DNA from: Thermoanaerobaculia bacterium
GTDB lineage: Bacteria; Acidobacteriota; Thermoanaerobaculia; Multivoradales; UBA5704
Assembly: GCA_035264905.1 (NCBI GenBank)
Contig: DATFPH010000199.1
Location: forward strand, 3,820 to 67,819
Direction: 5' to 3'
Length of the DNA stretch: 64,000 nucleotides
Part shown: positions 8,790 to 17,956 of the stretch, piece after piece
How the letters are laid out: every line of letters begins with the position of its first letter
Position numbering within the stretch: position 1 is the first letter of the stretch
Made by a program: the position numbers and the translations under genes
The notes under the pieces: model-generated
What the model was told of the DNA's origin: nothing
The model's input: the letters and a program-made list of their open reading frames with translations, nothing else
Database searches by the model: none

Positions 8790-9383
8790 ATGACGACAGA
8801 ACGAGTGATCGAGATCCCCTGGTGCCTCCAGCAGATCCCGCAGTCCGGGCGGATTCTGGACGTGGGCAGCTGCGAGGCCACCTACCTCGGCGTGATCCAG
8901 CAGGTCGACCGCGAGCTGCACTGCCTGGACCCCCGCGACTGCGCGCGGAACGTCCCGCCCGGAGCCGTCTTCCATCACCAGAGCCTGATCGGCAACACCC
9001 TGCCGCGCAACGGGTTCGACGCCGTGCTTCTCGTCTCGGTCCTGGAGCACATCGGCCTGCCCTGCTATGAGCAGGAGCCGTTCCCGGGGGGGGACGCGCT
9101 GGCGCTGGCCGAGGCCGGGGAGCTGCTCAAGCCGGGTGCGCCGGCTCTCCTCACGTTGCCGGCGGGACAGAGCAAGGTCGTCACCTGGTATCGCCAGTAC
9201 AGCCCGGCCGATCTCCACCGGCTGTTCGCGGGTTGGCGTCACGAGATCCTCTACTGGGGCTTCACGGGGGGGGAGTACCGGCCGATCCCGGAGGACGAAG
9301 TGGAGCGGTACGACTACCGGGACCGCCACGATGCCGGCGCCGGCGCCGGCGCGATGGCCGCCGTCCGGGCCTGGCGCGGCTGA
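8790..9383 (+). CDS. methyltransferase-fold protein (degenerate motif I)
   Basis: ILDVGSCEATYLG, AVLLVSVLEHIG and LLKPGAPALLTLP resemble class I SAM-MTase motifs I, post-II and III. ATG 8790 with GGAG 6 nt upstream. Confidence 0.55.
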   Translation: MTTERVIEIPWCLQQIPQSGRILDVGSCEATYLGVIQQVDRELHCLDPRDCARNVPPGAVFHHQSLIGNTLPRNGFDAVLLVSVLEHIGLPCYEQEPFPGGDALALAEAGELLKPGAPALLTLPAGQSKVVTWYRQYSPADLHRLFAGWRHEILYWGFTGGEYRPIPEDEVERYDYRDRHDAGAGAGAMAAVRAWRG

Positions 9384-9388
9384 CCCGG

Positions 9389-12300
9389 ATGCGGATCGGT
9401 CTCGATTTCCGCATGCTCTCCGCGGGCGGGCTGACCGCCCACCGCGGCATGGGGCGTTACACGCGCCAGCAGCTCCGCGAGGTCCTGCGGATCGACCGGC
9501 GCAACGAGTACGTCCTCTTCTGCCGCGAGGACGCCGACCTCCCCGCCCTCCTGCCCGACGTCGCCGGCGCGCCCAACGTCTCGATCGCCTGGCTGCCGCC
9601 TCTGGCCGGCCGGAGCTGGCACGAGCTCAACCGGCCGCAGGACGTCCTGCGCGCCACCGACGACTTCCAGCGCGCGCTCGATGCGCAGGACGTCGACGTC
9701 TTCCATCTCACCACGCCGGGGCACCTCGACGACCTGGTGCCGTTCGAGATCGACGCGCCGCTGGTGGCGACCCATTACGACCTGATTCCGCTGCTTTTCC
9801 CGGCGTGGTATCTGCGCGAGCCCGGCCGGCGGGAGCTCTACCTCCGCGCCCTGCGCCTCGTCTGCCGCGCCGACCGCCTGGTGGCGATCTCACCGCACGT
9901 GGCGCGGGAGGCGGCGGCGCGCCTGGGGGTCCCCGCGGCACGCATCCGCGTGGCGCCGCCGCTCGCCGATCCCTGCTTCCGGCCGCTGCCGGCGGAGGAG
10001 CGCGAGCGCGTCCTGAGGCCTCTGCGCGAGCGCCTCGGCCTGCCGGGCGGGTTCCTCCTCACGGTCTCGCACCTCCACTACGCGAAGAACCTGCGGGGGC
10101 TCTTCGACGCCTACGCTCTGCTCGCGCCGGCGGCACGGCGGGAGCTGCCGCTGGTGCTTGCCTGCGAGCTCCACCCGGCCGATGCGGCCACGGTCCGCGA
10201 CTGGGCCCGGGAGCGGGGGATCGAGGCGGACCTGCGCCTCACCGGGTTCGTGCCGGACACGGAGCTGGTGGCCCTCTACAACGCGGCCACGGTCTACGTC
10301 CACGCCTCTCTCTCCGAAGGGTTCGGCCTGCCGGTCCTGGAGGCCATGCGCTGCGGGGCGGCGGTGGTGGCCGCGGACGCCAGCTCGCTTCCGGAGGTGG
10401 TGGGGGACGCCGGGCTGCTCGCCGATCCCGCGGACCCGGCCGCGCTCGCGCGGGCCGTCGACGAGCTCCGCCGCGATCCGGAGCGCCGGCGCGAGCTGGG
10501 GGAGAGAGCGCTGGAGAGGGCGGCCGGCTGGCGCGAGGAGGACCTGGGCCGCGAGACCCTGGCCGCCTATGAGGAGGCGCGCGCTTGCCGCGAGCGTCCC
10601 CGCGCTCCGCTCCGCCTGGCCCTCTGGACTCCGGTGCCGCCGCAGGAGAGCGGGATTGCCGACTACAGCGTGGAGCTCCTTCGCGAGCTCGTCCGCCACG
10701 CCGAGGTGGAGGTGTTCGTCGACGACGGCGTCCTGCCCGAGCCGGAGGTGGCCGACCTCGCGCCGGTCCATCTCTTTACCGCCTTCGCACGGCGCGACCG
10801 CCGCCGCCCCTTCGACGCCTCCCTCTACCAGCTGGGCGCTTCGTACTTCCATCTCTATATGGACGAGGCGCTGCGGCTGCATCCGAGCCCGCCGGCGCCG
10901 CCAGCGATCATCACCCTGCACGACCTCACCTGGGGGGCCCTGCTGTACCGCGAAGCCGCGCTCTGGGGGAACGAGGAGGAGCTCCGGCGCGCGCTCGCCG
11001 CCTCCGAGGGGGAGGGCGCCGCCGCCGAGCACGCCGCTCTCGGCGCGGGGGACCCGGCGGATCTGCCGGTGCGGATGGAGGATTTCTTCAACCGGCATCC
11101 CCTGCTGGGCGGCGTGATGGCCGCGAGCCGGGCGCAGATCGTCCACCTGCCTCGCGCCGCGGCCGAGCTCGCGGAGCGTTATCCCGGAACAAGGGTCCAC
11201 GAATTCCCCATGGGGGTCGAAGACCCCCGGCGGTCGTTGCCGGCGAGCGCGGACAACGACCTGCGGCGGCGCTACGGCATCGCGGAGAGCGCGTTCCTGA
11301 TCGGCACGTTCGGCGTGGCCGATCCGGTGAAGCGGCTGGACGCGGCCGTGCGGGCTCTGGCGCGGCTCGCCGCCGAGCTGCCGGAGGCCGACCCGGTTCT
11401 CCTGATCGTGGGCGGATTCCACGACCCGGCCTATCGGGCGCATCTGGAGGGGCTCGCGGCCGAGCTCGGCCTGGGGGAGAAGGTCCGCGTGCTCGGACGG
11501 ACGCCGCGGCGCGACTTCGACCTGGCGCTGCTCGCCTGTGACGTGGTGGTGAACCTGCGGTACCCTTTCCGGCACCAGATGTCGGCGACCCTGATGCGGG
11601 CCATCGCGGCCGGCCGGCCGGTGGTGGTCAGCGACGTTCCGTCCTGGGACCATTTCCCTGAGAGCTTCTGCGTGCGCGTGGCGCCGGACGCAGGGGAGAC
11701 CGAGCACCTGGCGCGGCACCTCTTCGCTCTCGCCGGCGATCCGGTGCGGAGACAGGGGATGGGAGAGGCGGCCCGCCGTTTCTGGGAAGAGCGGGCCACG
11801 CCGGCTCGCATGGCGGAGGGGTACCTCCGGGTTCTCTCCGAGATCATCGACGTCAGCGGCTGGAGAAACGGCGAATCGGCCAGCGAAATGATCGGCGAGT
11901 CAATCGGCGAGATGGAGGAGCCTGCCAGCATGAGCGAGAACGCACCGTCCGGGAACCAGCTCCCGTCCAGCAAGGAGACGAAAGCCGCCGCGCCGGCGCC
12001 GGGCGAAGCCCCGGCCGAGGGTGCTTCGCCGCCCGCTCCGCGCGACGACGGCGCGCTCGCCGAGCTGGAGATGCGCTACCGCCGCTGGGACGCGGTCCGC
12101 GCCCGCACTGCCCTGGAGGAGGCGTCCGGGGGCGGGATCCGTGGTGGGCTCGGCTTCGCCAGCCGCACGGCGGCGCGGATCCGCAACCTCGGGATCTCCT
12201 GGGATCTCCAGCGCGATCTCTACCGGGAGCTCCTCGACTGCCTGGCCGATCTCGACCAGCGCCTGCGGGCCCTGGAGAGCCGGGAAGATCTCGCGGCGCG

Positions 12301-12940
12301 GCTCGAAGCCGCGGAGGCCGCGATCGCGCGCCTGGCATCGAGCGAGGCGGACATCCGCGGGGCGATCAACGAGATGACTCGCGAAGTGCCGGAGACGGGC
12401 GGAGAAGATCGCGGCGAGCTGGCGAACCTGCGCGACCGGCAGGAATCCCTGCGCGTCCGGCAGGCCCGCCTGGAAGGAGAGCTCGCGGACCTGCGGGAGC
12501 GGACCACCGGTCTGGCCTCGGCCGGGGTGGCCGTCCCGCTGAGCCCGCGCGACTTCGCCGAGATCCTCGCGGCGATCGAAAGAGACCTGACCGGCGGCGA
12601 GCGGCCGGGAGCCGTGGAGGTCTCGATCCAGGACATCCGTGCCGAGGGCCTGCTCCTCGCCGCGCGCCGCCATTTCGGCGGCCGGCTCTCCTCGGCGGGG
12701 CCGGAGTACCGCAGCCCCAACGACCTGTGGATTCACGTGGACTTCACCGCCCACTGGAACCGTTCCATCCTTCTGGAGAACGCGGCCGCACGCCTGATGC
12801 CCGGGGGGCGGTTCCTGCTGGTGACCGCCGCGGGGACCGGAGAGCCGCCGCAACAGACCGGCCTGGCGCTCGAGGACGACCTGGCTCTCCCCCTGGCGGA
12901 GGGGGGGCCGGTGCGCGTGCTCGCCTGGCGAAAGGCCTGA
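9389..12940 (+). CDS. multidomain glycosyltransferase: GT4 - GT4 - coiled coil - degenerate methyltransferase-like domain
   Basis: ATG 9389 lies 5 nt after the upstream stop. Two GT4 units are present (SEGFGLPVLEAMRCGAAVV; second unit IGTFGVADPVKRLD...LMRAIAAGRPVVVSD). A low-complexity linker follows, then a ~200-aa heptad-rich A/L/E/R segment (LDQRLRALESREDLAARLEAAEAAIARL...LEGELADLRERT). The tail has LLENAAARLMPGGRFLLV but no GxGxG motif. Confidence 0.8.
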   Translation: MRIGLDFRMLSAGGLTAHRGMGRYTRQQLREVLRIDRRNEYVLFCREDADLPALLPDVAGAPNVSIAWLPPLAGRSWHELNRPQDVLRATDDFQRALDAQDVDVFHLTTPGHLDDLVPFEIDAPLVATHYDLIPLLFPAWYLREPGRRELYLRALRLVCRADRLVAISPHVAREAAARLGVPAARIRVAPPLADPCFRPLPAEERERVLRPLRERLGLPGGFLLTVSHLHYAKNLRGLFDAYALLAPAARRELPLVLACELHPADAATVRDWARERGIEADLRLTGFVPDTELVALYNAATVYVHASLSEGFGLPVLEAMRCGAAVVAADASSLPEVVGDAGLLADPADPAALARAVDELRRDPERRRELGERALERAAGWREEDLGRETLAAYEEARACRERPRAPLRLALWTPVPPQESGIADYSVELLRELVRHAEVEVFVDDGVLPEPEVADLAPVHLFTAFARRDRRRPFDASLYQLGASYFHLYMDEALRLHPSPPAPPAIITLHDLTWGALLYREAALWGNEEELRRALAASEGEGAAAEHAALGAGDPADLPVRMEDFFNRHPLLGGVMAASRAQIVHLPRAAAELAERYPGTRVHEFPMGVEDPRRSLPASADNDLRRRYGIAESAFLIGTFGVADPVKRLDAAVRALARLAAELPEADPVLLIVGGFHDPAYRAHLEGLAAELGLGEKVRVLGRTPRRDFDLALLACDVVVNLRYPFRHQMSATLMRAIAAGRPVVVSDVPSWDHFPESFCVRVAPDAGETEHLARHLFALAGDPVRRQGMGEAARRFWEERATPARMAEGYLRVLSEIIDVSGWRNGESASEMIGESIGEMEEPASMSENAPSGNQLPSSKETKAAAPAPGEAPAEGASPPAPRDDGALAELEMRYRRWDAVRARTALEEASGGGIRGGLGFASRTAARIRNLGISWDLQRDLYRELLDCLADLDQRLRALESREDLAARLEAAEAAIARLASSEADIRGAINEMTREVPETGGEDRGELANLRDRQESLRVRQARLEGELADLRERTTGLASAGVAVPLSPRDFAEILAAIERDLTGGERPGAVEVSIQDIRAEGLLLAARRHFGGRLSSAGPEYRSPNDLWIHVDFTAHWNRSILLENAAARLMPGGRFLLVTAAGTGEPPQQTGLALEDDLALPLAEGGPVRVLAWRKA

Positions 12941-12953
12941 GGCGGTTGGGTTC

Positions 12954-15119
12954 CTAAGGCCAGCTGATTTCGACTGGGATGCGAAGCGGTGGGTCTCCCA
13001 CGTCCCGGAACCACCGGACCCCTTCCTGGACGGGGCCGATCTCGACGAGATAGGAGCCTGCCCCCAGCGGCGCCCCTCCGGCACCGCGGGCCTCGATCGC
13101 GATCCTCACCTCCGCGGCCTCTCCGGGAAGCAGGGCGTAGGGCAGGTCTCCCCGCTGCCCACCTTCCTCGACCGGAGCGCTCTCTCCCTCGCGGAACCAG
13201 CGGGCCCCGAGGCGCACAGTTCCCCAAGGGCTGTCCAGCGCATCATTGGGGACCCACACGGCTCCCCGGCCGCGATGCTCGACGCGGATCTGAAGCGGCC
13301 GCGCCGCTCCCGGCCGGAGCTTGAGCCGGTCCTCCCCTCCGACCCAGGCGACGGCCGAGCGGCACGCTGCGTCCGGCAGCGGCCCGAGCGGGTTCAGGGA
13401 GACCAGCTTTCCCTCTCGTTCGAGCCGCTGCTGCAAAGAGCCGGGCATCACCCACAGAGCATGCTCGCTGTATCTCTCCGGAAAAATCATCCGCGCTCCC
13501 GGATGGCTCTGGCCGAAGCTCTTCGAGCTGATCACCAGCTCCCGCGGGGGGCGCTCGCGGGCCCCCTGGAAGAACGTGAAGCGCACGTCGTCGAGCCAGA
13601 ACTGATAGCCGTAGAAGCCGCGGATCGTGAAGGCCGACGCGTCGTACGCGACCTCCTCGACACCCAGGGCCTCCACGGCGCGCGGCAGAGAGGTCGCGTC
13701 GTTGCCCATGTGGTTGGCCCCCAGGACCCAGCGGTCGTAGGTGTAGAGGCTTCCGGCCAGGAACAGGGCGCCGGCCAGGGCCGCCGCGGCGCGGGGACGG
13801 AGGCTGCCCGCGGCATAGACGGCCAGGATCGCGACGGCGCCAACCGCGGTGAGGCGCAGCATCCGCATTCCACCCACGAGGAGGATCAGGTGCTCGATCC
13901 CGAGGATGTTGAGCTCGTTGTAGACCCGCTGGAAGACCGCGCCGCCGTGCCAGGCGATGAGGAGGGCGGCCAGAGCGCAGGGGATCGCCGCCAGGGCGGC
14001 GGCGACCGGAAGGCGGCGCCGCGCGGCCGCCTGGTACAGACCGGCGAGGCCCGCAGCCAGGAACGGACCCAGGAAGGATTCCGCATAGCGGCCATAGATC
14101 GCGAGGTCGGCGCGGCCGAACTGGATCACGAAGAGCGCGGAGGTGCCGATCAGGACCGTTGCCACGGCCAGCGTGAACAGCGCGGTGAGACGCCGTACCG
14201 GGATCTCCTCGCGACGCAGCGCGATCCGCGCCAGGAACCAGAGGCCGAGCAGGAACAGCCCGGCGCTGGCGACGCTCAGGTACCAGAGCTGCCCGGCCAG
14301 CGACAGGAAGGCTTTCGACAAGCTCACCGGATCGATCAGCCGCGCCGCCAGGTCGGATGCCTTCAGCAGCTCCCGGTTGCCTGCCCAGAGCTCCGCGGCC
14401 ACCAGGCCGTTGACCGCGCGCACGATGCCGAACCCGGCCACCGTGGTCAGCGCTCCCGCGAGCGCCGGACCGGTGCGCAGCAGGCCCCGCTTCCAGAGCA
14501 CGGCGAGCGCCAGGAGCACGAGGGGGACGAGCCCCAACATCCGCGCGTGCGTCGCATAGGCGAAGGCCGCGGCCAGCCCGAGCCCGCAGGCCGTGCCGAA
14601 ACCCGGCCGTTCGACCAGGCGGGAAAAGACGAGGATCACGCCGACCACCAGAGGCGCCAGCAGGCTCTCGGCCCAGGTCAGGTTCGACTGCAGGAGGAAG
14701 GCGGGGTAGAGGCTCGCGGCGATCCCAGCCAGGGCCGCGTCGGCCGGCGCGAGCCCGAACACCCGCCGTGAGAAGGAGGCGAGCAGGGGGAAGAGCGCGG
14801 CGAGCAGGAAGGAGTTGATCGCGAGCGCCGTCCGGTAGACCGTCAGAGGGTCGTCGGAGAGCCGGGAGACGGGGGCGAGCAGGAGCGGGTAGCCGAAGTG
14901 GTAGAAGGCGACGAAGCCCATCGCCGGGCTGGTCATGGTGGGGTAGGGAGCGTCTCCGGCCAGAAAGCGCGCGATCCCCAGGTGGGCGGTCTCGTCGCCG
15001 AAGAGCATGGGACCCCGCATCGGCGCGGCGAGAGCGAGATGGAGCGCGGCGAGGAGGAAAAAGCCGAGAGCTTCGGGCGCGAGACGGCGCAGCAGGGGAT
15101 TGGGAGGCAGAGAGCTCAT
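12954..15119 (-). CDS. GT-C-like integral membrane glycosyltransferase (ArnT/PMT-like) with C-terminal soluble domain
   Basis: Starts MSSLPPNPLL. Has an FGDETAHLGIARFLAG loop-1 acidic motif, then >10 hydrophobic segments and a ~230-aa non-membrane C-terminal domain. Its start forms an ATGA overlap with the upstream gene stop (15116-15119). Track ORF 12954..16643 is a composite. Confidence 0.7.
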   Translation of the reverse strand: MSSLPPNPLLRRLAPEALGFFLLAALHLALAAPMRGPMLFGDETAHLGIARFLAGDAPYPTMTSPAMGFVAFYHFGYPLLLAPVSRLSDDPLTVYRTALAINSFLLAALFPLLASFSRRVFGLAPADAALAGIAASLYPAFLLQSNLTWAESLLAPLVVGVILVFSRLVERPGFGTACGLGLAAAFAYATHARMLGLVPLVLLALAVLWKRGLLRTGPALAGALTTVAGFGIVRAVNGLVAAELWAGNRELLKASDLAARLIDPVSLSKAFLSLAGQLWYLSVASAGLFLLGLWFLARIALRREEIPVRRLTALFTLAVATVLIGTSALFVIQFGRADLAIYGRYAESFLGPFLAAGLAGLYQAAARRRLPVAAALAAIPCALAALLIAWHGGAVFQRVYNELNILGIEHLILLVGGMRMLRLTAVGAVAILAVYAAGSLRPRAAAALAGALFLAGSLYTYDRWVLGANHMGNDATSLPRAVEALGVEEVAYDASAFTIRGFYGYQFWLDDVRFTFFQGARERPPRELVISSKSFGQSHPGARMIFPERYSEHALWVMPGSLQQRLEREGKLVSLNPLGPLPDAACRSAVAWVGGEDRLKLRPGAARPLQIRVEHRGRGAVWVPNDALDSPWGTVRLGARWFREGESAPVEEGGQRGDLPYALLPGEAAEVRIAIEARGAGGAPLGAGSYLVEIGPVQEGVRWFRDVGDPPLRIPVEISWP

Positions 15120-16309
15120 TGCAGGACCTCGGGTGCGATTCCAGCCGCGGCGAGCGCGTCGCGGAGGGCGGGACCGCTCACCGGGCCGATCCGCGCCGCC
15201 TGGGGTTGTGTGCGCTGGAGCGCCGCGTCGAGCGGAGGCAGGTCGCCGAAGACCGCGTCGAACCCGAACAGGCGCTCGCCGAGCCAGGCGTCCCAGCCCG
15301 CGGTGCGGGCCTCGACCTCGACGCCGAGGTCGAGCAGCGGATCGAGCTCCGGGGTCCAGTCCCCCTGGAGCGCCAGAGTCAGCCGCGCCCCGGGGAGCTC
15401 CCGGCGCAGCTCGGCGAGGAGATCGTGGCCGGCCGAGCCGGGCCGCGGCGGCGCCTGGGCGACGACCAGCAGGCGGGCGGTGGCGCAGGCGTCGCGGGAG
15501 GCGATCGTCCGCCGGCGGTCTCCGGCCAGGGGAGGGTAGGGGCGGGTGGCGAGGAGAGCACGCCAGCGCTCCTCGAACCGGGAGCGGTTGCGGAGGGCGA
15601 GGCCGCGCAGGGAGACGCTGCCGCCGGCCGCGTCCCGGACGTGGGTGACGCGCGAGCGCGGCTCGTAGACCGTGCGCCAGCCCGCCGCCGCCAGGCTCAG
15701 GCAAAGATCGCAGTCCTCGAAGTAGACCAGGCCGTAGCCGGCGTCGAATCCGCCGACGGCGCAAAAGGCCGAGCGCCGCACCAGCAGGCAGGCGGCGGCG
15801 AGGTAGTCGACCTGGCGGGGGAACCGGTACTCCGGCCGGTCCGGATCGTCCTCCGCGCCGTAGTCGAGCGTCGAGCCGCCGCGCGAGAGGAGCGCGCCCG
15901 CCTCCTGCAGCGACCCGTCGAGGTTCAGGAAGCGCGGCCCGGCGGCCCCGGTCTCCGGGTGGGCCGCGAGCGCGGCGAGCAGGGGGGGCAGCCAGCCTGC
16001 GTGGACGAGCACGTCGTTGTTCAGGAACAGGAGATGGCGGCCGGTGGCGTGCGCCGCGCCCTGGTTGCAGGCGGCGCTGAATCCGACGTTGACCGGATTG
16101 AGCAGGAGGCGGGCGTTTTCGATCTCGCAGGCGAGGACGTCGCCACCCCCCTCGCCCGTGGGATTGTCGACGAGGATCAGCTCGTAACAGGGCTCGGTCT
16201 GGTCGAGGAGCGCGCGCAGGCAGCGGCGGGTCCACGCGAAACCCCCATAGGAGACCACGATGACCGAGACCTCCGGCCGGGGAGGCGACGGGAAGCGCAA
16301 CCCGCTCAC
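15116..16309 (-). CDS. glycosyltransferase family 2
   Basis: VSVIVVSYGG...LILVDNPTGEGG...LFLNNDVLV...YFEDCDLCLSL are GT2 motifs. The proposed GTG start (16309-16307) overlaps the upstream TGA (GTGA). The start is uncertain. Confidence 0.75.
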   Translation of the reverse strand: MSGLRFPSPPRPEVSVIVVSYGGFAWTRRCLRALLDQTEPCYELILVDNPTGEGGGDVLACEIENARLLLNPVNVGFSAACNQGAAHATGRHLLFLNNDVLVHAGWLPPLLAALAAHPETGAAGPRFLNLDGSLQEAGALLSRGGSTLDYGAEDDPDRPEYRFPRQVDYLAAACLLVRRSAFCAVGGFDAGYGLVYFEDCDLCLSLAAAGWRTVYEPRSRVTHVRDAAGGSVSLRGLALRNRSRFEERWRALLATRPYPPLAGDRRRTIASRDACATARLLVVAQAPPRPGSAGHDLLAELRRELPGARLTLALQGDWTPELDPLLDLGVEVEARTAGWDAWLGERLFGFDAVFGDLPPLDAALQRTQPQAARIGPVSGPALRDALAAAGIAPEVLQ

Positions 16310-17919
16310 CGGCGGCGCCCCCGCAGGCCGGCCAGGCGCCGTTGCAGAGCGGCGGCGGAGCGCAGGAGCCTCGTCCCCAGAAGCCGGTCCTGCGCCGCGA
16401 GGAGCGCCGCGGCCTGCGCGCAGCGGGCCTCGATCCCGGCGCACGCCGCGGTCCGTTCGAGCTCGCTGCGCGCCAGCCCGGCTTCCAGCACCTCCACCCG
16501 CTCGCGCAGGGCGGCCAGCTCGGCGGCCTCGCGGGCCCTGCCCGGCTCGCCACCCTCCAAGGCGGCCACGATCTCGGCGGAGAGCAGACGTTCCTCGACG
16601 AGACGGGAGCGCTGTGCCTCGAAGGCCCGGCGCAGCGCGCCATAGCGGCCGCGGAGCGCGGCCAGCTCGTGGCCCAACGCCGCCGCCCCGGGCCCTTCGC
16701 CGCGCTGTGCGCGGGCCTCCCAGGCCCGCTCCGCGAGACCGGCGAGAGTGTCGAAATGGGCTTCCACGCGGGCCGCCAGCCGGGCGTGCACGGCGCGCAC
16801 CGCGTCCTGGCGCTGCGGGGCGAAGGCGCGCCGCAGGGAGTCCGGCAAGAGGCCGGCGCGCGTCACCCGCAGGTCCTCCGGCTCCGCCAGCCGGGCGAAG
16901 CCGTCGAGCTTGCCGGACCCCGCGAGATCGAGAATCACCGCGGGCACGCCGAAGGCCATGGCCGTGAGGGCTCCATGCAGGGAGGCGCCGGCAAAGGCGC
17001 GGGCGTGCGCCAGGGCCGCGGCCACGTCTTCGAGAGCGACCGCTCCGGGCATCCGGTAGACCGGTCCCGGGAGGTGGGCCGCCACGCCGTCCAGGAAGTC
17101 GCCGTCTCCCTGGCAGGGGCTGATCTCGATCAGCACGACCGGCGGATTGCCGATCTCTCCGAGCAGGGCGGCCACCGCCTGAGCGACCGCTCCAGCGTGC
17201 TGGCGGATCGCCGCGCTGCCGTGGAGGACGAGCGGCGCTCCGTGCTCCGGGTACCAGCCCATCATCTTCAGATGCCGGAGCCGCCGCGCGAGCACCTCCG
17301 GGGCGTAGAGGCCCGGAACGAGCAGGGTGGCGTCGGGGACGACGTGCACCTCGCGGTCGGTCCCCGTCGCCAGCAGCCGCTCGCGCGAGATCTCGTCGCG
17401 GACCGAGACGTAGGCCTTGCTGGCGAGCGCCTGCCGGACCCGCCGGGCGTCCTCGGGAGAGAGCTCGAAGGGGACGCCCACCGAGTGCCAGGCGACCGGG
17501 CACGACGCCTCCAGATCCGCTCCGAGCCCCTCGATGAAGAATCCGCTCGGGCGGTGGCGCGCCATCGCCTCGGGCGTCCTGCCGTAGGCGCTGCCATAGA
17601 GGTCATCGCGGACGTGGACGATTCCGCCTCCTCCGACCGCCACGAAGTCGAGCTCGGCCGCGAGCTGCGCCCGCCGCGCCGGCTCCCAGGGGCCCAGCGG
17701 GTCGGCGGGGCGCCCGCCGTCCATCGCCACCGGATGGAGGCCGCCGCAAGGGGAGTAGGGGACCACTTCCGCCAGCGGCAGGCGCCGGCCGATCTCGCGC
17801 TCGAAGATCCGGGGGGCGAGCAGGGGGCCATAGCTCGCGACGTCGAACGTGCCCCACACCCCGATGCGCGGGCCGAGGGGCTCGCCCGTGCCGCCGTCTC
17901 TCGACGAGATGCTCCCCAA
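16306..17919 (-). CDS. polysaccharide pyruvyl transferase family protein with C-terminal coiled-coil tail
   Basis: Family-like motifs GVWGTFDVASYGPLL, FVAVGGGGIVH, VSVRDEISRERL and GASLHGALTAMAFGVPAVIL. The last ~150 aa are heptad-rich (LAALRGRYGALRRAFEAQRSRLVEERL...LRERVEVLEAGLARSELE). TTG start at 17919 with GGAGG 5 nt upstream. Confidence 0.7.
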   Translation of the reverse strand: MGSISSRDGGTGEPLGPRIGVWGTFDVASYGPLLAPRIFEREIGRRLPLAEVVPYSPCGGLHPVAMDGGRPADPLGPWEPARRAQLAAELDFVAVGGGGIVHVRDDLYGSAYGRTPEAMARHRPSGFFIEGLGADLEASCPVAWHSVGVPFELSPEDARRVRQALASKAYVSVRDEISRERLLATGTDREVHVVPDATLLVPGLYAPEVLARRLRHLKMMGWYPEHGAPLVLHGSAAIRQHAGAVAQAVAALLGEIGNPPVVLIEISPCQGDGDFLDGVAAHLPGPVYRMPGAVALEDVAAALAHARAFAGASLHGALTAMAFGVPAVILDLAGSGKLDGFARLAEPEDLRVTRAGLLPDSLRRAFAPQRQDAVRAVHARLAARVEAHFDTLAGLAERAWEARAQRGEGPGAAALGHELAALRGRYGALRRAFEAQRSRLVEERLLSAEIVAALEGGEPGRAREAAELAALRERVEVLEAGLARSELERTAACAGIEARCAQAAALLAAQDRLLGTRLLRSAAALQRRLAGLRGRRR

Positions 17920-17956
17920 GATCGCCTCCGGATATCGAGACTAGAATAACTGGCCC

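Noticed and set aside
2182-12940. Antisense or alternate-frame ORFs across the glycan genes (2182..3501, 3549..5156, 3569..5338, 5371..6477, 7170..7886, 8056..8793, 9067..10572, 9890..11719, 11900..13084).
   Set aside because: Shadow-frame composition, no motifs, and each overlaps a gene with clear family signatures.
12954-17503. Very long track ORFs 12954..16643 (1229 aa) and 15116..17503 (795 aa) read as single giant proteins. The same applies to 20030..21622, 19041..20429, 29950..31467, 39078..40505 and 41565..43979.
   Set aside because: Their N-terminal portions are Arg/Pro/Gly/Ala-rich alternate-frame readthrough across the upstream gene. Recognisable domains begin at internal ATG/GTG codons that overlap the upstream stop (ATGA/GTGA). 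The ORFs were split accordingly.
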